This document shows positions 1 to 12,117 of a stretch of 64,000 nucleotides of DNA, in pieces. A program made the translations under genes and the position numbers. The stretch is taken from positions 99,882,001 to 99,946,000 of the forward strand of contig OX597823.1 of the NCBI GenBank assembly GCA_951406725.2, in the 5' to 3' direction. Origin of the DNA: Octopus vulgaris. Its lineage: Eukaryota. Position 1 is the stretch's first letter. The number at the start of each line of letters is the position of its first letter. The notes beneath the pieces were generated by a model, which saw only the letters and a program-made list of their open reading frames with translations, did no database searches and was not told the DNA's origin.

Positions 1-3000
1 TAGTTGATTACATCAACCTCTGTACTTGACTGGTACTCATTTTATCAGCCCCTAGATGAATGAAAGACAAAGCTGACCTTGGCAGTATTTGAACTTGAAA
101 TGTAAAGAGCCATTTCTTCGGTCTCTGACATGCCACGAAGCATTTTTGTCCAACAGGCTTAGAATTTGGCCAGCTTGCTGCCTTGCAATAATAATATTAT
201 TTACAATAATAAATTTAAAACCATGGATTTTGTAGGGGATAATTTCTAAATTTTCTAGAAATAAATAGCAACAATTTTGTGTCAATGTTGGGCTTTAAAA
301 TTGTTGCCATCATAATTGTTACCTTTAATTATTATTAAAAGAACCAATTTCTTTGTTTTAATTTCACATCAGTGCCACTGTTAATATCACAGTTCATCTT
401 CCTCCAATCTCCAATGCCTAATTTTTCACTACCACCACATGCTTAAAATATTTTCCTAATTTAAATTGAGATTGTTTTTTTTTTAGTTCATGTTTTTATT
501 AAATCACAATTTTTCATATCTCACTGCCTCTTTTTCTCTGTTTTTAGTTTTACTCATTTTCTTCAGACTGGAACCTGGACAAATCGTCCAACCCATGCCA
601 GCATGGAAAATGAGTATTAAAGGATGATGATGATAAATATATATATATTAATAAGATAGATAGATAGATATTTAGGTAAGTAGATAGAATCCGAAAGTAG
701 AGTAGTATAAACATTTTAAACAGTGAGACTGTGTATTAAAAAGTAAACTCGACTAGAATTATTATATCTGTAAAAAAAAGAGGTTGTGAATATTATGCTT
801 AAGAAGTGTTAGAAATGAAAAATTGTTTTGAAAGAACGTAATTGTGAACATTTCGTGTAATCATCAAAATGTGTAGGATGAGAAGTTGTAAGGGACATAA
901 CTACCGTATTTTATTTCCCACTTGGTTGTTTTCCACTCGTGAAGCGAAGAAAGAGTTCTCTTACCTTGGATCTTGTTCTCAGTTTCGTGGACGGTGATCA
1001 ATATTTGTGCCTAATTGCAAGATATCGATCGATGGGAAGATAATCTTTGTTTACGTCCTTTAAATATTGGTATATGTCTGTGCATTCTGGAAGGATTTTT
1101 TTTTCTTTAAAATATTTCAATACCAGCTGAGTGATAAAATCGGCAAGGCCATTAGCGTCAGACAAAATACTAGATAAGGGGCATAAGTTGTTCAGTTGCG
1201 ATATTTAGTCACATCCCTTCATAAATCAAGTTTAAATCATGTTCTGATTGAATTTACCTTTTTGGTAAAATAGCAATCAAATAAAGACATAATCAAAATG
1301 AGCGGCCAATGTTGAATGTGTGATGTTAATGTGCACGAATGAAGGGAAGAGAAATGAGCTGAGAGAAAAACTGAATATAAGTGGAATCGGATGTGGTGTA
1401 TGAGAGAGGAGCTTGCAACAAGGGCTCAGATATTCAATGCATATGAAGGATGACAGTTGAATAAATATGGTCTAAGTAATCCGAATGGGAGGAACTTGCA
1501 GAAGAAGACAAGGGGAAATGGAAGAAGAAATAATGGAGGTTGAATCTCACAATGGGGATAACAAAGAACAGCAGCAAATGCCAGGACATTGCTGGGGAAG
1601 ACTCATTCAACCCATGCAAGCATGGAAAAACAACCATAAAATGATAATGATGTGTGTGTGGCCATAGAAAGTAGACATAGGAGCCTGATTCAGTCCACTG
1701 TTTGGAAGATGGATGTTAGATGAGGATGGCAGCGTTGGGAATAATGGTAAATAAAAAGACCAAAGAACTAATAATTAATTGAATAGAGACAATCCCAGCG
1801 TCACTAGAGGTTAAAGCCCTTTTTACTCACTACAACCTAGGGATTCACTCATTGCAAGCAATACACAAAAAAGTGTTATGGAATCTCTGTTGAAAGGCGA
1901 GTGAACCAGGATTTTAAATGTGACAGTTGCACCCAAGTTGTTCGTTGTTGGACATTTCTGAAATAAAGTCATTAGAAGCAGTGGTCAGATGCTGTTGCCT
2001 GAGTGCAAGAGGTGTTTGGTTATGGTTTGCTAAAGTGATGAAGTAAAAGTAATCAAGGAGGATGTTACCTCCATGACAGCTCTGGAATTTTCTTTAACTT
2101 TCAAACCTGTTTAATGGATGTGATATAATATGGTAATGAGTTGCATGGAAGCAAATGAGATGACTATGTTCTGTTGTCTGGACATTAAATGAATTCACCA
2201 AACTATACAGGGGAAACACTTATACTGATGCTGACAGTGGAAGGTACCAAAGGCTAAGAAAGACCTTGGACCGATATGGGAAGAAGTGGTGACATTGACT
2301 GTCAGGATTCTGGGCCTTTAGTAGGTGATGGTAATAGAGATAGAAGTGATGGGTTTCATAGTGGATGCATTTCACCCACCCATAACCAGCATTCAATGTT
2401 AAAATGCCACAAATGTTGTACATACATAATGCAAGCATACATTTACAAATAGCTGGATGCTACTTGGCACTGCCGGAAGAATTGATTCAGTTAAATTGTG
2501 CCATGGAATTATTCCTCAACATGAACTCTATTGTATAAGCGAGAGGGAGGCTTTATCTGTTGTCACATCTTTAACTTCTATAGAAATGATGACATCATAC
2601 CCTTAACCCATTTACTTTTCTTAAATGTCATCAGACAGCTCTGCTAATTGTGACTGTCTTTGATTAAAAGCCCAATAAAATAGACCTGCATGTCCAGTTT
2701 GTACATAAATAAGTCTAATTTACAGGCAAATGTAATCTAAATGTAATCCAATTCTACAGAACAATGAGAGAGAGGTGAGCTTTTATAGACATTGCTAGAA
2801 TTTGCTTGATCAGAAAAATAATTTAAAAAACAAAAATAGATTTTCTTTTTAAGCATTTCATGAGTGTAGAGGTGACTAATTGGTTAAGAAGTTTGTCTTT
2901 CTACCAAATGGTTGTGGGTTCAGTCCCACTCCATGGTACACTGTGCAAGTCTCTTCAACTGTTCATCCAGATTAACCAGTGCCTTGTGTACCTCAGACCC

Positions 3001-3417
3001 CCCCCCCACCATCTCTTCCACAATTCATTGCCCTCTCTTCTCACTTTCACTCCTACATCATCTCCTTACTATCTATCTGCTGCTGTTACCTCTTCCTTCC
3101 AGAGCCACTTTTGCCCCCCTCCCCCACTATATTTCCCATCAACCATACCTCCACCCTTTTCTCATCACTTGCATCTACCCCTTAACCAATCTCTAAGCAT
3201 TTGTCACTCTCTTCTTACACTCTTCTACGAAATTATCTGTTCTTTCCTCCTCATCTCATCCAGTCTATATTTTCCCTTATATTCACCTCAAGAGTACAAC
3301 CTAACACCTAATCACTACCATCTTTACCATCCTTGCAGCTGCTCTCACCCACTCTTACATAATGTGTAGTAGCCACGTGTCCCCTCTATAGTAAGGCACT
3401 TGTGCATCTCCCTCTAT

Positions 3418-3471
3418 CTTATTTCAGCCTCTCAATATCTCACTTATTTCAGCCTCTCAATATCTCACTTA
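3418..3471. repeat. Perfect 25 bp tandem duplication
   Basis: CTTATTTCAGCCTCTCAATATCTCA x2 followed by CTTA. Confidence 0.9.
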
Positions 3472-4257
3472 AAACCATGTCCCCTGTCTCAAATACACAC
3501 CCATATGTGTGTGTATTTTCTCATTCATTTGCTCACTTCGCATCCACTTTTGCTTTCTAGCCTGGGTTAAACAAATATATTATTGAGAGATTGTTTTATA
3601 GCCAGAAGCCTTTTCTGTCACCAGTCATAACCTGTTTGCAAAGTAGGCTTTGAAGGCATGAAGTGAGTGGATAATTTGGTGACAGAAGTGACAATGTCAT
3701 TCAAGGCTCACATTTGTAGAGCACAAATGTAAAGAGACACACATGCTCTGGCGCTTTTCAGTTTCTGTCTACCAATTTCATTAACAAGGTTTTGACTTTC
3801 TGCCTGGAACTGTAGCAGAAGACACTTGCAATCTATGGTTGTGAGAACTTTATTGACAAAATATCCACTGACTCTGTGTTTGAAGACTTGTGGAGTTAAA
3901 ATGAAAATATTTTTCTTCGAAAACAGATAACGGTTTGTGACAGAAAAAGTATTTGACTGTAAAAGAATACCTCTATGCATGCGTGGAAAATTGAGTGTAG
4001 AGCAAGTAAATGAAAGAACGAACTTCATAGAAAATAATCTAGAAGACTTTAGAACGATGACGATGATGGCGACAATGATGTTATTTTGTAAATAGTTTTG
4101 TTTGATAATTTGGAAATATAGAAATTTATAAATTGTCGATGTGATTTCAATCCACAATCTGTTTTGATTCTGCAAAAAAAAAAAAAAAAGTTGTACCAAA
4201 CTTTGTGAAATGATTGAAGAGTGTATGATTAATGTTGTTGCTATTGTTGTTGTGTAG

Positions 4258-4366
4258 GTATATATGGAGCAGCAGAAGAAGAAAGAACAGCAGCAACGGA
4301 TAGAAAAGGAGATGCTGGAGAAGGAGCGTTTAGAAAAAATAAAGAATAAGAATAAAGATGAAGAAA
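4258..4366 (+). CDS. HDAC4: Class IIa HDAC exon A (end of glutamine-rich coiled region)
   Basis: tgtgtag|GTA...GAA A|gtaagt. Translates VYMEQQKKKEQQQRIEKEMLEKERLEKIKNKNKDEE(S), resembling human HDAC4 ...KLQQLKNKEKGKES. Phase 0 to 1, fits the next exon. Confidence 0.9.
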
Positions 4367-4431
4367 GTAAGTTCTTCTGCTTTTAATTCTTTCTTTCTCT
4401 TTTTTTGAGGTCCTTTCCATAAAGGCTAGTA

Positions 4432-4543
4432 TATTATTATTATTTTTCAGGTCACTGCCTGGAATCGAACTCGGGCATATAGCATAGAGGTTAAGAGCGC
4501 GGGCTCCTAACCCCAAGATTCCAAATTCAATTCCAGGCAGTGA

Positions 4544-4578
<35 letters not shown>

Positions 4579-4718
4579 TTGAAAAATATCTTAGGAACGA
4601 GACCCCAGATTCGAAATTTCCCCAAGTCACCTAATGTAGGTTGGAGGGTGCATCAGCCGAAACGTTGTCAACAACAAACAGGATGAGGACAAATATCCGT
4701 CAAATGTAAATAATGTAT
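4432..4718 (+). mobile_element. tRNA-headed short repeat with inverted 5' duplication and hammerhead-like 3' module (Penelope-type end)
   Basis: A-box TAGCATAGAGG and anticodon-like arm GGG-CTCCTAA-CCC. Inverted repeat 4432-4470 / 4522-4565. The 3' part is shared with the minus-strand copy at 18910-19050. Confidence 0.65.
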
Positions 4719-6051
4719 ATTCATGCAGGCTTTCAAACCTTAACCCTTTTTATACCAACTCACCTGTAAACACTTCAAGATCTATGATGCAAGTTCCCTT
4801 TTTAAAGGGAGGGGGTCTGAATTACTTCAAGATTTCATATTAATTTATATTTGAAACTTCTGCTTTAATTATGACAAAATGCATCAATTATAGGTAATTT
4901 TAATAAACAAAATTAATTGAAACTAAGGTGCGGATATAGAGCTTGCTTTCCAACCATGTGGTTTCAGGTTCAGTCCCACTTCAGGGTACCTTGCGCCACT
5001 GTCTTTTACGAAAGTCCCAGATTGACCAAAACCTTGTGACTGGATTTGGCAGACAGAAACTGAATGAAGCCCATCGCGCATGTGTGTGTACATGTGTATG
5101 CATGTTTGTTTGTACCCTTGTCTTTAGATTATGAGTTGATTGTAAATGAGCATCACCATCATACAAGTGGTGTTGCTTGTTGCCAGTCTTCCATAAGAAA
5201 CATGTCAACCATGGAAAAATGCTGTGTTGCCTGACAACAGGAAGGGCATCGGCTGAAGAATACCTACCTCAATAAATTCTACCTGACCCATGCAAACAAA
5301 AAGAATTGGACATAAAATAAAAATAATAATAATGATGATAATAATAATGACGATGATGATGACAATGAAGATGGAGGAGGAGGAGGGGAGAGGAGGAAGG
5401 CTGTGTAATAAATATGGTAATGAAAGTGTTAAGCAATTTATTTAAAATCTTGATTAACAATGGAGGATCTGAAGTCAACAATTTGGTCCTGTAAAGTTGT
5501 GTGTTTTCTTAGTTGCCTGGGTGACAAGCATCCATAAAGTTTTTTATGCAACCAGCCCACACACACACACCACAAGATGGTTATATGGTAGACAATGCCA
5601 AGCACCATTTCTCATGCATCTGGAATGTTCTGAGAAAAGGATTTGGACATGTAGCAGTTGATTGGAATTAAACTGGATTTTTGATCTATAATTAATACAT
5701 ACTTTTTGTTTTAATCTCTTATTGCTAGGCACAGGCATGCTTGAGTAGTTTGCTTCCCAACCCTGGGGTTTGGTCCCAATGCATGGTACCTTGGGCAAGT
5801 GATTAGTTTTTTTCAGTTCAATAGTTTGTAACAAACAGTGTTTATTATATACATGGATGGTTTGGTTATAAAACCCTGTTTATTTAATAAACCTCATTCA
5901 TTGACTTTGAGCATAACACTCTGTAGTTAATGTCTTCTATTATGGAAGACATTTCAATGAGGATTCTTTAAAATATTTTTATAGATTAGTTACAGTTTGT
6001 CTGTTAAGTTAGCTACACTAAAAATATGCTTATAAATCAAAAATACTTTAA

Positions 6052-6275
6052 CCCATTAAGTCCCAGAGTATTTAAATTTTTGAATATTGCTTTTAAATTT
6101 TTACAGATTATTGAAAATAGGTTAAAATGAAAGAAATAATTATTAAAAATTCCTTTATTTCAAGTAGAAATGGAAATACTCGGTGTCCTATAAATAGGAC
6201 ACTGAGACAATGTGATATAGCTTATTTAATGTTCTCATTTAGTGTCCTGTTTATAGGACAGTGGGTCTTAATGGG
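6052..6275. mobile_element. piggyBac-type MITE, 224 bp
   Basis: TTAA flanks. TIR CCCATTAAGTCCCA / TGGGTCTTAATGGG (13 of 14 match). Internal palindromes GTGTCCTATAAATAGGACAC and TGTCCTGTTTATAGGACA. Confidence 0.85.
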
Positions 6276-6626
6276 TTAAAATAACATGTCAAAATCTCTT
6301 TTATTTTATTTTCAATATTTACTTTAGCAACTGTTTTTTCATTATGAGCATTGATCAGCAGCTGTGATTTTGAAAAGGTTCACTTTCTAACAGCATTTAC
6401 AATATCTTTATGTAGCAGTTTTTGCACAGATTAAAATCATTGGCATTGAGAGTCAATCAGAATGGTTATCTATAATTATCCAACTGTAATGGTACTGCTG
6501 AGAGAATCTTTGTGAAGATAGAAAGGTTTAAAGAGAGAAAGAATCAATTTTTTAATTTACAAAAGCTGAAACTAGTCATCCCCCCCCCTCTTCATTTTTA
6601 TATTTTAAACCTTCTTTCACTTCTAG

Positions 6627-6741
6627 GTGCTATAGCTTCTACTGAGGTGAAACAAAAGTTACAAGAATTTGTCCTGACAAAGAAACAGAGAGAAGCAGCA
6701 GCAAGCAACATGACAAACTCTCCACCACAGTTCCGGCATTG
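6627..6741 (+). CDS. HDAC4: Class IIa HDAC exon B (MEF2-binding motif)
   Basis: ttctag|GT...TG|gtaagt. (S)AIASTEVKQKLQEFVLTKKQREAAASNMTNSPPQFRH(W) matches the SAVASTEVKxKLQEFVL signature. Phase 1 to 2. Confidence 0.96.
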
Positions 6742-9703
6742 GTAAGTTTTTTCCACATGTAGATTAGATATTGCAAATATTTGAGTGGTTAACATGCTGA
6801 ATTAGGGACCACTTAGTCATGAATAAAACGTTTCTGTAACTCTGTTATTTCCCTAGAGAAACTCCCATAAGTTGGTTTGCTGGACTTACTGGCAAATGTC
6901 ACTCCTGTTTCATAACCGTATTGTTAGCAGTAGGAAGATCAAGTATCTATGGATAAAATTTCCCCAACAGAAATGCCTGTTACTCATGTAAACACAAGTT
7001 TGGATGTAGAGTGTTTTGCTAGAACATCGGTTAAGACACAGTGCTATTACAACCAAGATGTTTGTTATGAATCATTTTAGATTTATTTTATTTTTATATC
7101 TGCTTTGTTTGAAAAAAATGAATCTTGAATTTTCAAGAGGTTTATGGTAGATACTAAACTAGTCGCTTTCTTCATATCTTATTAATTCTTATTTGTTACA
7201 AATCAATTTGTAGCCATTTATTGTGCCTACAAACTGACTCTCCACTCAACATTGCTGTGCTTCCAAGAAAGTGAAGAATATATTCATTGCACAGACTGTG
7301 TTACCTCTGAAATTACAGCTCAGCTTCATTGGTTCTTACAAAAGTGGTCTCTGCTAACTTTTTAGAAACTATTTACCTGCCATTCTTTAATGAAAATGAT
7401 CCTATAAACATCACATCTACTGATAAAGCCACAATATATACTGCCTACCCTGCTTTCTGTTTACCTGCAAACACACTCATTCATAATTGTGCATATAGTT
7501 GACAAGTTTGCAGACTTTTCTGTGGTTACTTCAGTCTAATGAAGCAACCACTCTTTAATTGGACTCCATCCTCACTTGCAACTTCTTATTTCTAGATTGT
7601 ATCTCTATGAAAATACAGCAAAGTATGTCTTGAAGAACGGTAATCTGTCTGACCGTAACCACCTATCAGCCTATCACTGTAGCTTCCACACCAAGTTGCT
7701 CAACCAAACTCACTTAAATCACACCCTCATAAAACAGGAAGAGCACAAAAAACAGGAAGTGCAAGTTTGGGATGGCTTTGATCGTAGGTCTTCTTTGTCA
7801 GGGCTGACCTGGGGCTAAATAGCAATGTTATCTCAAAGTTAGTGTAACTAATCACAAATAAACACTTGCTTGAATCTTTTTTAAGCCTTCAGTGACCACC
7901 ACTACATCTTCTGCATAGATCCTAATAATAACCTCCTGCTTCTGAAAACTTTGCTAGAAGCACTGTTATTGATCTTTTACTATGTTGAACACAAAACCTA
8001 TCCAACCATGAGCTTTGCCCATTGAACTCTAGTGCAGTACTCAATCCTTCTCTATCCACTTTCTAATTTAGATAGAAGGCCAGTAATTCTGTGGGGAGGG
8101 GTTATGTCAGTGCCACTGATTGCTACTTTATTTTATCAGCCTCAAAAGGATGAAAGATAGAGTTGGCCTTGGTGGAATAAGAACTGGGAATGTAAAGAGC
8201 TGGAACATATACTGCAAAGCATTTTATCTAATATTCTAATTATTCAGCCAATTTGCTATCCTAGAATAATAATAATAAGAAGAATTTAGAAATATTTCTC
8301 TTTCCATTATTTCCAAAGACTACAGTTTAGAATATGTTTAGATACTTTCTGGTTTTTTTTTTGGTTTTTTTCTCTTACTAATTTGATACTCAACAATCCA
8401 CATGAACACCTGTGTCACTGAACCTTTGAAAGACTGTACCACTGAACCTTTGGGTCGTTTGCAGAAGAGCAAACAGGAGCAGAGGAAGAGTTAGATATGT
8501 GTGAATGTTGAGATTTGAATAAATCAATAATGTGAGCTGGTTCGTGAATGATAATAGCTGGTACTAACATTCTTTTAGAGTTGATGGAAGGCTGAAAAAT
8601 CTTTTGAATAAAATAATTTGAACAGGAAAATGCAGAATAAATTAAGAGAAAAAGAAAACTTGTTTGCTAAGATGGATGTGAGTGAGATGTGAATTCTGCA
8701 AGTTGCATCATTTAAGAGGTTGTGACTTTCAGTAAGAATTTATATGGTAGAAAGTCTTTAGTTTTTCCTCACATGAAACAATCTTTGATTGCTGGCGGTA
8801 ATATTAAATGTATCTTTTATAATCTGTAATGGTTGATATGTGAACTTTGCAAGCAACATCATAGGCTACTCATGTGAGAAGGAGTGTAACTATGAAGAAG
8901 AACTGGTACAAGAGGGAGAGAAACTTTTAGTTCTTACATTAGACAACCTCTCATCATAGAACACATCCAGTCCACATGGTGAAACTTGGACAACAATAAG
9001 GTTGACCAGTTTTCTTTGTCATTGTTATACAGAAGACAATGGAATGTGACAACCAATGTCACCAGAGGGAGAACAGCCTAAACCAATGCTGATGTAAGCA
9101 TTTGGCTCTGACTGTATTTTCAACTAAGGCTGAAACATCATCATCCTCGTCGTCGTTTAACGTTCGCTTTCCATGCTGGCATGGGTTGCACGGTTTGACT
9201 AAGGACTGGTGAGCCAGTTGGCTGCACCAGGCTCCAATCTGATCAGGCAAACATTTATAATAATATTCCACATTTCATTGTTTACATGAGTTAAAGGATA
9301 ATTTTAAGTATTGAAACTGCTAAGGGATTAGGCGTTGGTGTTTGAATGCACATCATATCAGACACCCAGCTTTGTCCTCTGCAGAAGACAGCTTCTGTAT
9401 GCTATATCTTTTTCATACCATCCTTCTGAGAGCATCCCTATTTTTATGACACAAACTTTCTTCTTTTAAAGTAACCTAAATTTTGAGTTAATGTATGTCC
9501 CAGTCGCTTAATAATGGCAGTTATTTTCCTACATTCTCCAGTGATTACCAGCAGAAATATGGTAATAAGAGGGTTAAGTGAGGTATTTCGGTTTAGTTGA
9601 CTCAATTTCCTTGAATAAAACTCCCTACAAATTCAACCAACGAATTACATAGGATTCTCTACCATTTCAACTGATGATCAAATTTTAGTTCTCATCCAGT
9701 TAA

Positions 9704-10795
9704 CCCTTTCGTTACGAAACCGCCCAAAGCCGCCCGAAAAAAATTTTGGTTTATGAGACCAAACCGCCCAAACCCGCCCGTATTTACCTATTCATATTTA
9801 AATGAGAATATCAGAGCAAATCTCTTTAGTACATTCGTGAAAACACGTGATTATACTTCGTAAACAGTTCATCTACAGTTTTGTACAATAATCGAAGTGT
9901 AATTTTAATTCCGTGAATTTTGGGAGATTTTTTTCCGAAATTTGTTCCTATTGTGTTTTCAAAATTTGTAATTCTGACAAAAAATGGATACGAATTTCAT
10001 TATATCAAGCAGCGAGTCAGAATTCGAAGGATTTTCTACTGAAGACCTTCATAAAGACCTTGATAAATCTAACTCTATGACTGAAAAAAAAAAAAGCACG
10101 TGGTACTTGATAATGAATCTGATGTTTCATTTTCCGAAAGTGAAAACAGTGAATCCGAGAGCTCCGACAGCAATAAAGAAAATGAATTGGCACCTGAATG
10201 GAGTGAAAATTGAAAAACTGTTTCTTTCGGTGATTTTTCTGAAGAAACTGGACCAAGCCACAGACTTTCCCAGGAGAGTAAAGCCTTAGACTATTTCTTT
10301 TTACTTTTTCGAATGAGCCTATTTGAAATCATTACGGCAGAAACGAACCGTTACGCTAAATGTAAACAAAGCAAAAGAAAGGATAGTTAGTGGTTTCCCA
10401 CAACCTTAAATGAAATTAAGACTATTTTGCCATAAATATTATTATGGGTATCAGAAAGTTACCCAGAATAACAAATTCAATCGTAAAATTTTGTTGTATA
10501 CCCAATTGAATATTAGCTAATAACCCATTTTCTATAGCGATGTTTGAACAAAATTTTAATAATTTTATATTTTGTTGAATTTACCTGTATCTACCTGCAA
10601 TTAGAGTCACTTTGTGACAAAAATTATAGTATAGAATTGGTTGAGAACATTTCATTAAATTATCTTCCAAAATTCACGTTAATATATTGATAAATAAAAA
10701 AGTTATAGTTGTTTAATGAAACCAGACTAAATTTATGATTACGTTAGAAATTAATTGAAACACATAAGGGGTGTATTTTGGTCAGAAATATAGGG
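9704..10795 (+). mobile_element. Non-autonomous piggyBac deletion derivative, copy 1
   Basis: TTAA on both sides (9700-9703, 10796-10799). Left end CCCTTTCGTTAC; right end shortened to ...ATATAGGG. Contains a broken N-terminal piggyBac transposase remnant (acidic leader, LDYF..LF, TNRYA, PTTLNEIK, MGIRKLP). Confidence 0.9.
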
Positions 10796-11139
10796 TTAAT
10801 AAGATAAGTGAGATAAAATAAAAAAATTTTTTTAAAAACTTAAAATAGTTGTTTTTTCATAAAATTGATAAAGAGTCCAATGAACTTTCCACCAGGAATG
10901 GAAAGTCCAATATTTCAGATGGAATCCTTCAGGAAAAAGTTGACTATACTCTTTGATTTTACTGACTGCAATGTCCTGTTGATGCAGACCAATACAAGTC
11001 ACTTTGGAGTTTGCTTCAGCTTATAAGATGTCATCCACTCTGAGTTTTTGTGCCTGTAAAAAAGAATAAAAGCTTAAAATCATTGTTGAGTAACAATCAG
11101 TTTTATTTTCTTTAATGCATGTTTCTCTTTAATATTTAG

Positions 11140-11258
11140 GGTGGGTCACCCAGGGTCAGTCGAACAGAATTCTCCTCCACAAAGTGGTTTGTCACCACCC
11201 TATGGTCCATCACCTCTACTCGGGAAATATGAAGATGATTTTCCATTACGTAAAACAG
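11140..11258 (+). CDS. HDAC4: Class IIa HDAC exon C (first half of 14-3-3 site, DDFPLRKT)
   Basis: atttag|G...ACA G|gtaagc. (W)[39 protein letters not shown](A). Phase 2 to 1. Confidence 0.96.
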
Positions 11259-12086
11259 GTAAGCATCCTTTTATTTGTTGTTAAAACCAGAATAAAAACA
11301 AACAAAAAAAAAAGAGAGAAAGAGATAAAAAATAAAGGCATTTTAGGCACCTTCTGACTTTTTTTGGGCTTGCATTTCCAATTTTACAATAGCATGATTT
11401 TGTGTGGAACTAGTCTGGCAATCTGAACCCGTTAGGGATTTCAGCTAACCCCTGTTTGCAGTATTTCATCTACTTTTCTATAAGCATGACCCAAAACTTT
11501 CAATTGTCTAATTCTTTTTTTTTTTTTTACCTGAAATCACATGTATACAGCTTATACTGTTTGTTGTAACAGCAATTACTGAAATAATAACATCTTCATT
11601 TCATTCTCTTCTTCTCTTTCATCATGCACATATTGTATTTGTACATACATATACACAACTGTACTTGCATACACATTCTCATATGCATATATGTATTTAT
11701 ACTCTCAAATACGCAAAAATAAATATTTTAATTCAACTTATGCTGAAAGTCATCCGAGTTTCATGGCTGGTCGCCAACAGATTTTTCTGCAAAATATGGA
11801 TAGTTTATCCTGTTCATCCTATATTATTAGCATTATCTTGCGTTTGCTAATAAAATTATTTCCTTATCTGTATCTTTAAATATTTTAATGTTTATTTTTA
11901 TATGAAGTTATGTATTAAAACAATTTAATGTTAACTGAAGGATCACTTGATACCTTTTAGTAGAGTAACAAATTTTGGAAGAAAAAAAGGTTGATAATGA
12001 CTGCAGTTTTGGCTTACTAGTTGTCTGGAGACTAGAACTGCAAGTGAGGTGAAACTTTGAAGTCACTGGCAAACTGTTTCTTGTAA

Positions 12087-12117
<31 letters not shown>

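Noticed and set aside
1780-2700. Possible decayed Penelope RT (SLEVKALFT) and other decayed coding-like DNA (also 7200-9050, 45300-47450)
   Set aside because: Too degenerate to assign a family by eye.
2860-3369. 169 aa ORF and overlapping ORFs
   Set aside because: Starts in a SINE head and runs through pyrimidine-rich low-complexity DNA, with no protein-like signature.
4474-4546. tRNA gene
   Set aside because: The T-arm/B-box and acceptor stem are degenerate and it is embedded in a repeat, so it was treated as a SINE head. The same applies to 49913 and related copies.
9984-10460. Possible domesticated PGBD gene
   Set aside because: Stops and frameshifts, no catalytic DDD region, and it lies within TIRs and TTAA in two copies.
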